In this document: positions 1 to 9,119 of the stretch, one piece after another
Layout of the letters: every line of letters starts with the position of its first letter
Numbering within the stretch: position 1 is the first letter of the stretch
Assembly (NCBI GenBank): GCA_016278725.1
Contig: JADQBG010000008.1
Span: 1,680-65,679 of the forward strand
Source of the DNA: Actinomycetota bacterium
GTDB taxonomy: Bacteria; Actinomycetota; Thermoleophilia; RBG-16-64-13
Length of the DNA: 64,000 nucleotides
Direction of reading: 5' to 3'
Program-made: the position numbers and the translations under genes
Notes under the pieces: generated by a model
What the model saw: only the letters and a program-made list of their open reading frames with translations
What the model was told of the DNA's origin: nothing
Databases searched by the model: none

Positions 1-157
1 TGGCGAGCATGATGATCACCACGCTGCTCATCTCCGGGCGTTCAGCCAGAGTGGCCGCGCCCGCCGAGCCAATGCGCGACTGGGCCCAGCCGGTGCCGAT
101 TGCGGAAAGGCCGACGGCCAGGGCGGCGCTCAGTGCGATTACGGCTTCTTCCATCAT
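1..157 (-). CDS. ntpK: A/V-type ATP synthase subunit K (c-ring proteolipid), partial, runs off left edge
   Basis: Not in the ORF track. My translation is M(M)EEAVIALSAALAVGLSAIGTGWAQSRIGSAGAATLAERPEMSSVVIIMLA, with RBS GAGGGAGG upstream. It lies directly downstream of subunit I. Confidence 0.9.
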   Translation of the reverse strand, partial: MMEEAVIALSAALAVGLSAIGTGWAQSRIGSAGAATLAERPEMSSVVIIMLA

Positions 158-165
158 TCCTCCCT

Positions 166-2088
166 CTAGGTTGCGGAACGGGCGGAGTTGGGTCTCCAGT
201 GGCCAAAGGGCCGGTAGGGAGTGCCTCCGGGACGGTAGAACTTGCCGAAGAACTCCACGTAGTGCAGGCGGAGGGAGTGAATGGTGGGGCTGAAGAGACC
301 CAGCACCAGGTTGACGGCGTGCAGCAGGAGCGCGGCGAGCAGACCCAGGATGCCCGCGGTGCCCCCGATCTGATTGGCCACCAAGGCCAGCATGACCGAA
401 GCGGTGCCCAGCGCCATGAGCCGGGTGTAGGAGAGGATGTTGCCCACCGTGGAGATGAGTTCGACCACGGCCACCACGCCGCCGTAGACGGGGAGGAGCA
501 CCAGCGCGAGCAGGACGATCACCGCCGCGGTGGCGACAAAAGCGGTGCCGAGGCCCGCCAGGAAGGCGACGCCCCCCAGCGAGGCGACCACCACGATCAC
601 GATCGTCAGGGCGCTGGCCAGGGCGTGGCGGCGGCTGCTGCGGCGCTGGCTGATCACCCCGAGGAGCAATCCGAGCAGCACGTGCAGGTAGCCCAGGCCC
701 ACGGCGACCGCAAGCAGCACGAGCGGCTCTTCCTCTCGGTTGAAGACCAGGGGCCGCAGACCCAGGCGGTGCCCGGCATCGCCGAAGGCCTCGCCGAAGG
801 CAAAACCAAAGAGCATGGCGGAGATGCCCGCCGCCGTCGCGATGTAGCCCACGGTGCGGCCAAAGCCGGAGCCGAAGCGGCGCATCAGCAAGAGCCCAGC
901 CGCGGCCGCCAAGAGCCCGTAGCCCACGTCTCCCAGGATCAAGCCGAAGAAGAGCGGAAAGAACACCGCGACCAGGGGAGTGGGGTCGACGCTGCCGTAG
1001 TGGGGCAGCGGGAGCATGCCCACCACGGCCTCGAAAGGACGCGCCCAGCGCGGGTTATGCAGGCTGACCGGCGCCTCCTCGGGGGGCCATAGCTCCGGGG
1101 GTACCTGCTCGAGGGCGACGCAGTCCCCGCAGCGCCGGGCGATCTCTTCCCGCAGGCGTTCCACCTCGCCCGCGGGCACCCAGCCCTCGAGGATGAAGGT
1201 GCGAGAGGTCTCGGCGAGGAGCGGGGCGGCTTCGAGTTCGGCGGCCAGGTCGTGCAGCACCGCCCTTCCCAGAATCAGATCCGCCCCCACGGCCTGGGCC
1301 AACTCCTGAAACTCGCTGTCTATGAGGGCGATGGTGAGCGGGATTTCGCGCAGCCGCCGGGCCATCTCCGGCGCGGCCCCGGCAAAGGAGTCGGCGGCGT
1401 AGCCCGAGGGCACCGGGATCTGCTCGATGCCCGCTTGATCCAGCAGCCGCTCGACCTTATCGGCGTCGTTGCGGCCCACCAGGAGCAAAAGCGCGGTGCT
1501 TCCCCCGGCCAGGGGCAGGTCGCGCAGCACCACCCGCTCGCCCAGGAACTCGCGGATCCGCTCTTCCAGTTCAGCCACGGGGGCATCCTCGGAGAGCATC
1601 ACCTGATAGGCCGCCAGGCGCCGGGAGCGCTCCGGGGCGGCCAACAGATCGGCAAAGCCTTCGAGCAGGGGGAGATATTTCAGCAGCGCGGCCCGCTCTT
1701 CCGCCAGCGAGAGCCGGCGCTCCGCCAAAGCCTCGACCCGGGGCCGCAGGCGGCGGCCGAGTCTCGCCCAGTGAAGGAAGCCGCTCAGGGTGATGCAGGT
1801 TTCCTCGACGTTGGGGGCGGACGCAGGCAGCGAAGCCCGTTTCTCGAGCACCGCGAGGGTGGCCTCCACCTCGCCGAGCACGGTGCGGATGTTCTCCAAG
1901 CGGGCCTCTCCTCCCAGGACTTCGGAGAGTGCGGAAGGCTCGGCCCGATGGCTGCGGTAGGGCCCCGCTTCCGGGCGAAGCTGAGGCTCGGCCAGCTGCA
2001 CGAGCTCCAGATCCTGCAGGGTGTCCAGGGTCACGGGTAGCGCCGTCCGTCTGCCCGTCAGCCGCACTCGTGCCATCCGGCGGATCAT
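166..2088 (-). CDS. ntpI: A/V-type ATP synthase subunit I (a)
   Basis: 640 aa. Soluble N-half and hydrophobic C-half; motifs FFGLILGDVGYG, LSYTRLMALG (essential Arg), LRLHYVEFFGKFY. Confidence 0.97.
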   Translation of the reverse strand: MIRRMARVRLTGRRTALPVTLDTLQDLELVQLAEPQLRPEAGPYRSHRAEPSALSEVLGGEARLENIRTVLGEVEATLAVLEKRASLPASAPNVEETCITLSGFLHWARLGRRLRPRVEALAERRLSLAEERAALLKYLPLLEGFADLLAAPERSRRLAAYQVMLSEDAPVAELEERIREFLGERVVLRDLPLAGGSTALLLLVGRNDADKVERLLDQAGIEQIPVPSGYAADSFAGAAPEMARRLREIPLTIALIDSEFQELAQAVGADLILGRAVLHDLAAELEAAPLLAETSRTFILEGWVPAGEVERLREEIARRCGDCVALEQVPPELWPPEEAPVSLHNPRWARPFEAVVGMLPLPHYGSVDPTPLVAVFFPLFFGLILGDVGYGLLAAAAGLLLMRRFGSGFGRTVGYIATAAGISAMLFGFAFGEAFGDAGHRLGLRPLVFNREEEPLVLLAVAVGLGYLHVLLGLLLGVISQRRSSRRHALASALTIVIVVVASLGGVAFLAGLGTAFVATAAVIVLLALVLLPVYGGVVAVVELISTVGNILSYTRLMALGTASVMLALVANQIGGTAGILGLLAALLLHAVNLVLGLFSPTIHSLRLHYVEFFGKFYRPGGTPYRPFGHWRPNSARSAT

Positions 2089-2513
2089 CCGTCGGCCCTC
2101 GTCTCGCGGCCGTCATCCCTGGTCTCGCGGCCGGCCGCCTGCGCCTCGCGACCGTCCGTTCCCAGGAGCAGAGGCAGCACGCGCTCGACCAGGGCGGCCA
2201 GTTCGTGGGGCTCGCGCCGGCGATAGCGCCCCATCTCCTTTAGGTGGGAGTCGCGGGTTTCCTCGCGGTGCCGGGAGAACTCGGCGTTCACCGTGCGCTT
2301 TATGTGGTCGAGCTCGTCCTCGAGCGCGTTCTCGAAATGGGAATCTGCCGCGTGGAGGCATTCTTGGGCTGAACGGAGGTAGGCGGCCGCCTCTTCCCGA
2401 GCTGCAGCCACCATCACGTCGAGGGCGGCTTCCTGGCTAAGGAGCTCTTCGAGTCCCTCGGCGGTGGGCTCCCCGGGAGTGTGCCGCTTGGGCGCCACGG
2501 TGGGTCCCTCCAC
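2085..2513 (-). CDS. A/V-type ATP synthase peripheral stalk subunit H/G-like
   Basis: Charged, Ala/Glu-rich helical 142 aa ORF overlapping the subunit I start; first gene of the H-I-K order. Confidence 0.7.
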   Translation of the reverse strand: MEGPTVAPKRHTPGEPTAEGLEELLSQEAALDVMVAAAREEAAAYLRSAQECLHAADSHFENALEDELDHIKRTVNAEFSRHREETRDSHLKEMGRYRRREPHELAALVERVLPLLLGTDGREAQAAGRETRDDGRETRADG

Positions 2514-2623
2514 CCGATTGTGCTTCTGTTCACTACTTACCCCAGGCGAGGGTGAGCTCTAACCCCGGAGTGGGTGGGGGCCGCACTTGCGTCTCAGGCG
2601 GGGGCGCCGGCCGTGGTCCCGTC

Positions 2624-2752
2624 CTAGAGATGGTTATCGCGCGAAGCTTCCTCGGCCGGGACCTCGTCGATCTCCTCGTTCGTCAGGCCCGCGCCCGGGA
2701 GTATGCCGACGAGGTCGTCCAGGGTGTACACACCCTCCTGCTCTTGGGCCAT
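2624..2752 (-). CDS. 42-aa small ORF similar to the C-terminal half of the antitoxin at 3674-3943
   Basis: Not in the ORF track. MAQEQEGVYTLDDLVGILPGAGLTNEEIDEVPAEEASRDNHL; 12/28 ungapped identities to the antitoxin tail. AGGAGG lies upstream but only 2 nt from the ATG. Confidence 0.55.
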   Translation of the reverse strand: MAQEQEGVYTLDDLVGILPGAGLTNEEIDEVPAEEASRDNHL

Positions 2753-2782
2753 CGCCTCCTACCTTCGGTCTCACCCGGGAGC

Positions 2783-3142
2783 TTAGCTGCCGGCGGCTCC
2801 CGGCCGGGCGTACGTGAAGGTGAGGTCTTCGAGCACCTCGATCATCACCCGCTCGCCCCGAGCCCAGGAAAAAGCGTCGCCTTCCCCCAGCACCATGCCC
2901 GCGCTGTCCAGATCGATCTCCGCCGGGTCGTAGTCCTGGGGGAGCGGAGTGAGACGCACCCGTCCCGCGATGATGAACCCCAACTCGCTATGGCGCAGGG
3001 GGACGGGCAGGACTTCGGTGCCCGCGCTCACCCGGGCGAGCACCAACTCCCAGCCCTCCTCGGCGACCAGCACGGTTTCGTCCATGGACCCCGCGAGCCG
3101 GTCGCGCGCCTGGGGTCGTTCGGTTGCTCTAGTCACGCGCAT
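2783..3142 (-). CDS. Cupin-like beta-barrel protein
   Basis: Beta-rich pattern (ELGFIIAGRVRLT...LGEGDAFSWARGERVMIEVLED). Start uncertain (3142 or later). Confidence 0.55.
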   Translation of the reverse strand: MRVTRATERPQARDRLAGSMDETVLVAEEGWELVLARVSAGTEVLPVPLRHSELGFIIAGRVRLTPLPQDYDPAEIDLDSAGMVLGEGDAFSWARGERVMIEVLEDLTFTYARPGAAGS

Positions 3143-3269
3143 GTTCGGGCCGCCACCCTTCCTTCGCTTACCGCCGCTACCGGAAGCTCTGCCCAAATCG
3201 GGGCGGGTTCGCGCATCTTGGGCTCCCACTCGCGGTCTTCGTCATCGCCGTGGCCGGGTACCCGGCTCG

Positions 3270-3677
3270 CTATGATGGCTCGGGCAGAACTGTGAAGCCC
3301 TCCTGGCGGAAGTGACGGTCGTTGGAGATGACCACGTCCACTTTCATCTCCTCGATGATGACGAAGCTCAGACAGTCGGTCAGCGAGTAGGTTTTATCCG
3401 GCCGCTCGACGAAGCGCTGCCAGGCACGAGCGAGCTGACGGTCGTTGGGGTGAACGAGAAGGACGTGGGGATTCGTCCGGATCCGCTCCCCGATCCGGGC
3501 GGCGAGTTGATGACCCTTTCGGGAGACGATGAGGGCGATGAGCTCAGCGAAGACGAAGCTGGTCGTAAGCAGAGCGTCCGAGTGGCGGGAGATCGCCTCC
3601 GCCGTCCTTTCATGCGTCGCTGAGCGGGCGTCAGCGAGAGCGAACCAAGCTTCGGTATCGATGAAGGCAGGGGTCAC
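3270..3677 (-). CDS. vapC: VapC-family PIN-domain toxin
   Basis: FIDTEAW, VFAEL, SLTDCLSF, SNDRHF acidic PIN motifs; 4-nt overlap with the antitoxin. Confidence 0.93.
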   Translation of the reverse strand: MTPAFIDTEAWFALADARSATHERTAEAISRHSDALLTTSFVFAELIALIVSRKGHQLAARIGERIRTNPHVLLVHPNDRQLARAWQRFVERPDKTYSLTDCLSFVIIEEMKVDVVISNDRHFRQEGFTVLPEPS

Positions 3678-3943
3678 TCGTCGTCCTGCGCCGGAGTCCT
3701 GGTTAGCCCGAGGGCTTCGTCCGCCAGGATTTGGTCGACCTCCTCCTGGGTGACGCCCCCGTCCTCGAAAAGCCCCGCCAGGTCCATGATGTCGTAGTTG
3801 CGCGTCGCCTCGGCCTCCATGCGTTCCTCGATCAGAGAGCGCAGGTAGGACGACAGGCTGATTCCCCGCTCGGCCGCCTGCCTCTTGGCGAACCGGTAAT
3901 GTTCCTCGTGCAAAGAGATCTGGGTGCGTGTCATGCGTGCCAT
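3674..3943 (-). CDS. vapB: Ribbon-helix-helix (CopG-like) antitoxin
   Basis: RTQISL beta-strand then AKRQAAERGISLSSYLRSLI; immediately upstream of the PIN toxin. Confidence 0.88.
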   Translation of the reverse strand: MARMTRTQISLHEEHYRFAKRQAAERGISLSSYLRSLIEERMEAEATRNYDIMDLAGLFEDGGVTQEEVDQILADEALGLTRTPAQDDE

Positions 3944-3998
3944 CTTGCCTGTCGCTCCTCGAGTCAGCCGTAGGTCTTTGGCCGGATATTGGCAGGTT

Positions 3999-4031
3999 GA
4001 TATAGGCGAGCTATATCTTACATCTTACATC
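3999..4031. promoter_or_regulatory. Probable autoregulatory operator of the vapBC pair
   Basis: Perfect IR GATATAG-N5-CTATATC (3999-4017) overlapping tandem ATCTTAC repeats (4015-4028), about 55-90 nt upstream of the antitoxin. Confidence 0.5.
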
Positions 4032-4061
4032 AGTTACGGAGCAGCAATCGCGACGAGTCCG

Positions 4062-4418
4062 CTAGCCGATCCAGCGGCCCCGGTAGGCCATGCGCTCCTC
4101 CGCGGCCGACCAGGCGGTGAGGTAGGTCTGGGTGAACAGCCCGAAGATCCACTCGACGACTTGCTGCTTCAGGTCTTCAGCGGTGGCGGCCAGGTGTTCC
4201 TCGACGAAGGCTTTGGCCGCCCGATCGCCGATGACGTGCACGGCGGCAAGCTCTTCGACCGTCCAGCCGAACTGCCGTTGGAGCTCCTGGGCGAACTCTT
4301 TGTCGGCCTGCTCGAGCTTCCACTCCGGCCAGTCCTCTTCGCCGTCGATGCGACCGCTCTTTATCAGCTGATCGACCTCGCGCCAGTGCCGCTGCAACCT
4401 CTCCACTTGTGTTTTCAT
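4062..4418 (-). CDS. Hypothetical acidic helical protein (118 aa)
   Basis: Strong RBS GAAGGAGGT before the ATG; coding-like composition; no family recognised. Confidence 0.7.
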   Translation of the reverse strand: MKTQVERLQRHWREVDQLIKSGRIDGEEDWPEWKLEQADKEFAQELQRQFGWTVEELAAVHVIGDRAAKAFVEEHLAATAEDLKQQVVEWIFGLFTQTYLTAWSAAEERMAYRGRWIG

Positions 4419-4757
4419 GCCGTTACCTCCTTCTAGGTGATTGTCATTGTACCATCTCAGCGGCTAGTCGTAAACGTTAGAAAATAGACTAACTAATAAT
4501 GCGTTATCGGTTGCAGGCAAACCAGTTTTTAGTGCAGGCCAGTTGCGAAATCGGTTGCAAATTGAAAAGAGCTTTTCCCGAAGCACCGGCTGATCTGGGG
4601 CAGCACCCCACGCGCTCTCGGGCATACGGAGTAGACCACGCGCCGCTCGCCCATCTTTGGCTCTTCCTTGGCCGAGCTTTGAGGTCGTTCTTCAGAATAA
4701 AGTTTAGGAGCGTCGGCGTTTGCCGCCGGCCGAGCAAAGCGGAAAGGGGAGGGCACC

Positions 4758-5063
4758 GTGTACGCCCGCATGCTGACCGTAATCGTGAAGGGGATCACCG
4801 AGGAGAAATGGGACAAGGCCATCAAGAACTATCAGGAGATCGTGCCGCCGAGCGTCCGGCAAATGGAGGGGTTCGAGAAGGCCGCGATGCTGGTGGACCG
4901 CGAGGGCGAGCGGGTGCTGTCGCTCACCTTCTGGCGGGACAAGGAGTCCTGCGACGCCGGCGTCGAGCAATCAGGGCGCCTGGCGCAAGAAGTGATGCAG
5001 AAGAGCGAGGTTCAGGGCGACGTGAAGATGGACTCCTTCGACGTACCGGTGTTTTCGGAGTAG
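4758..5063 (+). CDS. Antibiotic biosynthesis monooxygenase (ABM)-like dimeric alpha/beta barrel protein
   Basis: MYARM...RQMEGFEKAAMLVDREGERVLSLTFWRDKES pattern; RBS GGGGAGG. Confidence 0.75.
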   Translation: MYARMLTVIVKGITEEKWDKAIKNYQEIVPPSVRQMEGFEKAAMLVDREGERVLSLTFWRDKESCDAGVEQSGRLAQEVMQKSEVQGDVKMDSFDVPVFSE

Positions 5064-5525
5064 GGGCAGCCGCAGCCTGGACCGGGCAGTCCGGCTGCGA
5101 GTCCATGCCGGGTCCGGCGAGACGGCCCTGACGAGTCCCCCCCGGCCCAACCGATGGAGAGGGCGCCCCGTGCGCCCTCTCCGCTTCTCCTTACAGCGGG
5201 GGAGGCTCCGTGATACATCTAGGTGGAGCTCCGAACCGTTCCACTTCAGGAATTCGCTCGGACCCTCGTCGTAGAAGCCACTGTGGATTGTTTTCGCTGG
5301 ATGGGTGCGGTGGCGGGGCGTGTCAGGAGGGGCGGTGCTGTCGCTCGCTTTCTACGTACGCGGGCACGAGGCCGCTACTTTCTATTCGCTATTGACTGAC
5401 CTCTACTTGGTCAATAGGGTTGACAAGCCCAAGCGAGCTGTCGATATGCAATGCGACTTCGGCAGAGTGAAGGCTTGTTATTGGAGGTGGTTTTGGCTCG
5501 CGCACGTGGACTGACTTCCGGTTGA

Positions 5526-7520
5526 ATGCCCGTGGATGACTCCGAGGCAACTGTGACTGGTTCTCCCAACTGGGGCTGGAGTGGCTCCGTCTCGGCATTT
5601 CTCGGCAGTGAAGAATCAGGGTTCATCGAGGCTCTCACCGCCCATCACCACCGCTGCATGGGCATGCCGCCCGACGCAGGCCAGGTAACTGCCTGGAGAA
5701 ACGAGTACAGGGTGCTGCGGGCGTGCTTTTCTCGTATCGTCGCTCCCACACACTCACCGCTCCATAGCCATGGTCTGGACCCCGTCGCATGGCATTTAAT
5801 CTTCGAGTACGAGCTGCCCCGGGAGCGTGGCCGTCGGCCCGATGTGGTTGTGTTGACGGGCGCCCAGGTGGCTGTGCTGGAATTCAAAGACGCGGAGTTG
5901 GCTCTTTCGGCTTATGTGGACCAAGCTGCGGCATACGCGAGAGATCTAGCCGAGTACCACGCAGCCTCGCACGACAGGTTGATCGATCCAGTCTTGGTTC
6001 TGACTCGGAGTGATCTGCGAGAGCCGGCGCACCGCGATAGCGACGGCTTGCTCAGCGGCTCGGAGGTGGAACTCGTAACCGGCCTTCCCTCCAAAAGGAG
6101 TAGCGATCCTCGTCCCGAGGCGAGTCGGCCTTCGCCATATCAGGTAACGATTACTGGCCCTTCCTCCCTCTCGGAGGTGCTGCTTAGCCTCGCCGTTCGT
6201 GCTCCTGCGGAGCCCATCGACGCTGATAAGTGGCTTGCCGCTGACTACGACCCTCTGCCCTCGCTGGTTAACGCTGCTCGGCTGATCTTTGCGCATGAGG
6301 AGTTGCCCCATATCCGCCGCGCGCACTCGGCCGGCATACCGGAAACGGTCGACCAGCTGATCCGGGCGGCGGAAGAAGCGCGTGACCGCCGTGAGCACCA
6401 CCTGGCGCTCGTGACCGGCGTGCCAGGTTCGGGTAAGACATTGGTCGGACTCCAGTTCGTCTACCAGAATCACTTCAATGATCGGGGCAGCGGCCGCACG
6501 GCTGTGTTTCTCTCGGGGAACGGCCCCCTAGTCGATGTCCTCCAATATGCCCTGAAGAGCACGATCTTCGTGCAGGACGTGCACGGCTTCCTGAAGCAGT
6601 ACGGAGGCGATGGCAGGCGGGTACCGGAGGAACACATTTGGGTCTACGACGAGGCGCAGCGAGCTTGGGATGCCTCGCGAGTGCGGGAGAAGCGAGGTCA
6701 CGGATACTCTGAGCCAGAAGATTTCCTACGGATTGGGGCTCGCAAGCCTTGGGCCCTCATGGTGGGCTTGATAGGGGAAGGCCAGGAAATCCATTTGGGG
6801 GAGGAAGCTGGACTTAGGCAATGGAATGACGCGATTGCTCGCATGGACGAGCCCTGGGTGGTCCACTGCCCAGATAAGCTGGCCGACCTGTTCCCTGCTG
6901 CTACACGGGTCGAGCTTAACGATTATCTGGATCTGACGATCTCTCTACGCAGCCACGTGGCGGAAGACGTCCAGCGGTGGGTGGAACTGCTGCTGGCTGG
7001 TCAGCTCGAGAGCGCCGGCTCGCTCATGGAGGACTTGGAGCGGCAAGGGTTCGATATCTACCGAACGAACGACCTCGAGACGGCCAAGGCCTACGTACGC
7101 GAGCGCTACGCGGGGCAGCATGACAAGCGTTATGGGCTTCTGGCCTCGTCAAAGGCAAAGCTCGAGGACTATGGGGTCGACTCAGGCTGGCACGCGACGC
7201 GACGCTTGAGGGTCGGTCCCTGGTTCTATGACCATCCGGACGAGCCACGTTCGTGCTGCCAACTCGAGGAAGTTGCGACCGAGTTTCAGTGCCAGGGACT
7301 CGAACTGGACTTCCCCATTGTATGTTGGGGCCGAGATTTATGGTGGGATGGAGAACAGTGGGCGAGCCCCCCCGCACGGCGATCGAAGGCGAAGGACCCC
7401 CACCAGCTGCGTCTCAATAGCTACCGTGTCCTGCTGACTCGTGGGCGAGATGGTGTGGTCCTATGGGCTCCGCACGAGGCCGCCGCTTCGAACCCTGTTT
7501 TTCACGGCCTCTCCAGTTGA
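5526..7520 (+). CDS. DUF2075 (Schlafen group 3-like) helicase with N-terminal PD-(D/E)xK-like nuclease domain
   Basis: RRPDVVVL...LEFKD nuclease-like motif; Walker A GVPGSGKT; Walker B VYDEAQR; TEFQCQGLELD; NSYRVLLTRGRDG. Confidence 0.85.
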   Translation: MPVDDSEATVTGSPNWGWSGSVSAFLGSEESGFIEALTAHHHRCMGMPPDAGQVTAWRNEYRVLRACFSRIVAPTHSPLHSHGLDPVAWHLIFEYELPRERGRRPDVVVLTGAQVAVLEFKDAELALSAYVDQAAAYARDLAEYHAASHDRLIDPVLVLTRSDLREPAHRDSDGLLSGSEVELVTGLPSKRSSDPRPEASRPSPYQVTITGPSSLSEVLLSLAVRAPAEPIDADKWLAADYDPLPSLVNAARLIFAHEELPHIRRAHSAGIPETVDQLIRAAEEARDRREHHLALVTGVPGSGKTLVGLQFVYQNHFNDRGSGRTAVFLSGNGPLVDVLQYALKSTIFVQDVHGFLKQYGGDGRRVPEEHIWVYDEAQRAWDASRVREKRGHGYSEPEDFLRIGARKPWALMVGLIGEGQEIHLGEEAGLRQWNDAIARMDEPWVVHCPDKLADLFPAATRVELNDYLDLTISLRSHVAEDVQRWVELLLAGQLESAGSLMEDLERQGFDIYRTNDLETAKAYVRERYAGQHDKRYGLLASSKAKLEDYGVDSGWHATRRLRVGPWFYDHPDEPRSCCQLEEVATEFQCQGLELDFPIVCWGRDLWWDGEQWASPPARRSKAKDPHQLRLNSYRVLLTRGRDGVVLWAPHEAAASNPVFHGLSS

Positions 7521-7789
7521 TTGAGATTCAAGGCGGACGAAAGCCCTGTTTCTCTCCGCCACCGACCTAGCCAATCAACCGTCTTGCCGCCATCTGACTA
7601 CGCTGGGGGCGCTCGACGACTGAGGACTTGGAAGGCGAGTTGCCGAATTTGTCTGGAGTAGGGGCCGTTGCCCTTGTTCCAGGAGTCACCGCGGACGGAC
7701 TGGGGCTCGTCCTCCAGCAGCTACTCCCTTAACGCCCGCTACCTTGGCTGCTGACGGGGTAGGATATTTACGAGGCGACAAGGACGGAG

Positions 7790-8026
7790 ATGGCGATGAA
7801 GTATGACCGGGTAAGGGTCGATCCAGAGAAGATGGCGGGTGTCCCAATCATCCGCGGTCTCCGTATCCCGGTGGCAACGGTGGTGGATATGGTGGCCGAC
7901 GGCATGAGTCACGATGAAATTCTTGCTGCCTATCCTGACTTAGAGGCCGAGGACATTCAGCAGGCCCTGCACTATGCGGCCGAGGCGGTACGCGAACGGG
8001 AGCTGCCCATCCGAGTCGTCTCTTAG
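7790..8026 (+). CDS. DUF433 antitoxin
   Basis: [22 protein letters not shown]...[18 protein letters not shown] is the DUF433 signature. Confidence 0.92.
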   Translation: MAMKYDRVRVDPEKMAGVPIIRGLRIPVATVVDMVADGMSHDEILAAYPDLEAEDIQQALHYAAEAVRERELPIRVVS

Positions 8027-8042
8027 GCCCCAGAATACGCCG

Positions 8043-8422
8043 GTGCGCTTTCTTATAGACAACGCGCTCTCGCCCGTGTTGGCGGAGGCGCTCAGGGAGC
8101 AAGGACACGATGCCACTCACGTGCGCGACTACTCACTGGAGGCAGCCTCTGACGATGAGGTTCTGACCAAGGCGGCAGCCGAAGACCGCGCTCTCGTGAC
8201 AGCGGATACCGACTTTGGAGCTCTGCTCGCCCACAGAGGTGGCACGAGGCCGTCCGTTATCCTCTTCCGAAGGGGCTCGGAGCGGCGTCCGGAGCGTCAA
8301 GCCGAACTGTTGCTGGCGACCTAGTCGTCCTTGAGAGGGATCTGGAGGCGGGGAGCTTGATAGTCCTAGAGGAAGCACGAATCCGAATCAGAAGCCTGCC
8401 ACTACCTGGGGGTTCCGAGTAA
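8043..8422 (+). pseudogene. DUF5615 PIN-like toxin with a 1-nt deletion near 8318 (frameshift or sequencing error)
   Basis: [11 protein letters not shown]...DDEVL...LVTADTDFG stops at TAG 8322-8324. The family-like tail (N)[27 protein letters not shown] continues in another frame to TAA 8420-8422. Confidence 0.8.
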
Positions 8423-8480
8423 TGCGCTACTTCGACCAAGCCCCGGAGCAACTGTTCGTTGAGTTTAGGGAAAAGGGCGC

Positions 8481-8524
8481 TTAGTTCCCAAATTGGGTAT
8501 AATCGTTCTCGTAATGGGAACTAA
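8481..8524 (+). promoter_or_regulatory. Promoter/operator of the HTH-MNT/HEPN pair
   Basis: Perfect 10-bp IR TTAGTTCCCA (8481-8490) / TGGGAACTAA (8515-8524) flanking TATAAT (8498-8503); the right arm overlaps ATG 8514. Confidence 0.65.
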
Positions 8525-9119
8525 AGGACATGCAAACTCGAGTCTCGCCGACGCTCTGTTTACCCCCGTCCAGCAGAGGGTGCTCGCGCTGCTGTTCGCC
8601 CAGCCGGAGAGGAGCTTTCAGAGTGCGGAGCTCATCCGCCTGGTGGGGAGTGGAACGGGGGGCACCCACCGGGTGCTGTCGCGCCTGACCGAGGCCGGAC
8701 TCGTCAGCGCGCGGCGGGTCGGCAACCAGAAGCACTACCAGGCCAATCCGGAGTCGCCCATATTTCAGGAGCTTCGCGGCCTTGTGATCAAGACAATGGC
8801 GGTCGTGGAGCCTATCCGGCGAGTGCTCGCTCCCCTCTCGGACCAGATCTCGGCCGCCTTTGTATACGGATCGATCGCCAAGGGCGAGGAGAGCGTTCAT
8901 AGCGACATAGACCTTCTGGTGCTCACCGACACCCTGGCCTACCCTGACCTGATCGAGCTGCTGCAGGAGGCGGAGGACCTGCTGGGGCGGCCCGTCAACC
9001 CCACGCTGATGGGTGTGGCAGAGTGGCAGGCCAAGCGGCGAGAGCCGGACTCCTTTGCCCGACGAATAGCCGAGGGGCCAAAGCTCATGATCATGGGATC
9101 AGAAGATGAACTCGAGTGA
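8514..9119 (+). CDS. Winged-HTH + minimal nucleotidyltransferase (MNT) antitoxin
   Basis: SLADALF...RVLALLF HTH region; YGSIAKGEESVHSDIDLLV = GS-X10-DXD. Confidence 0.88.
   Translation: MGTKGHANSSLADALFTPVQQRVLALLFAQPERSFQSAELIRLVGSGTGGTHRVLSRLTEAGLVSARRVGNQKHYQANPESPIFQELRGLVIKTMAVVEPIRRVLAPLSDQISAAFVYGSIAKGEESVHSDIDLLVLTDTLAYPDLIELLQEAEDLLGRPVNPTLMGVAEWQAKRREPDSFARRIAEGPKLMIMGSEDELE

Noticed and set aside
5210-5525. Small ORFs (e.g. 5305-5514) upstream of DUF2075
   Set aside because: No recognisable family or convincing start; treated as intergenic.
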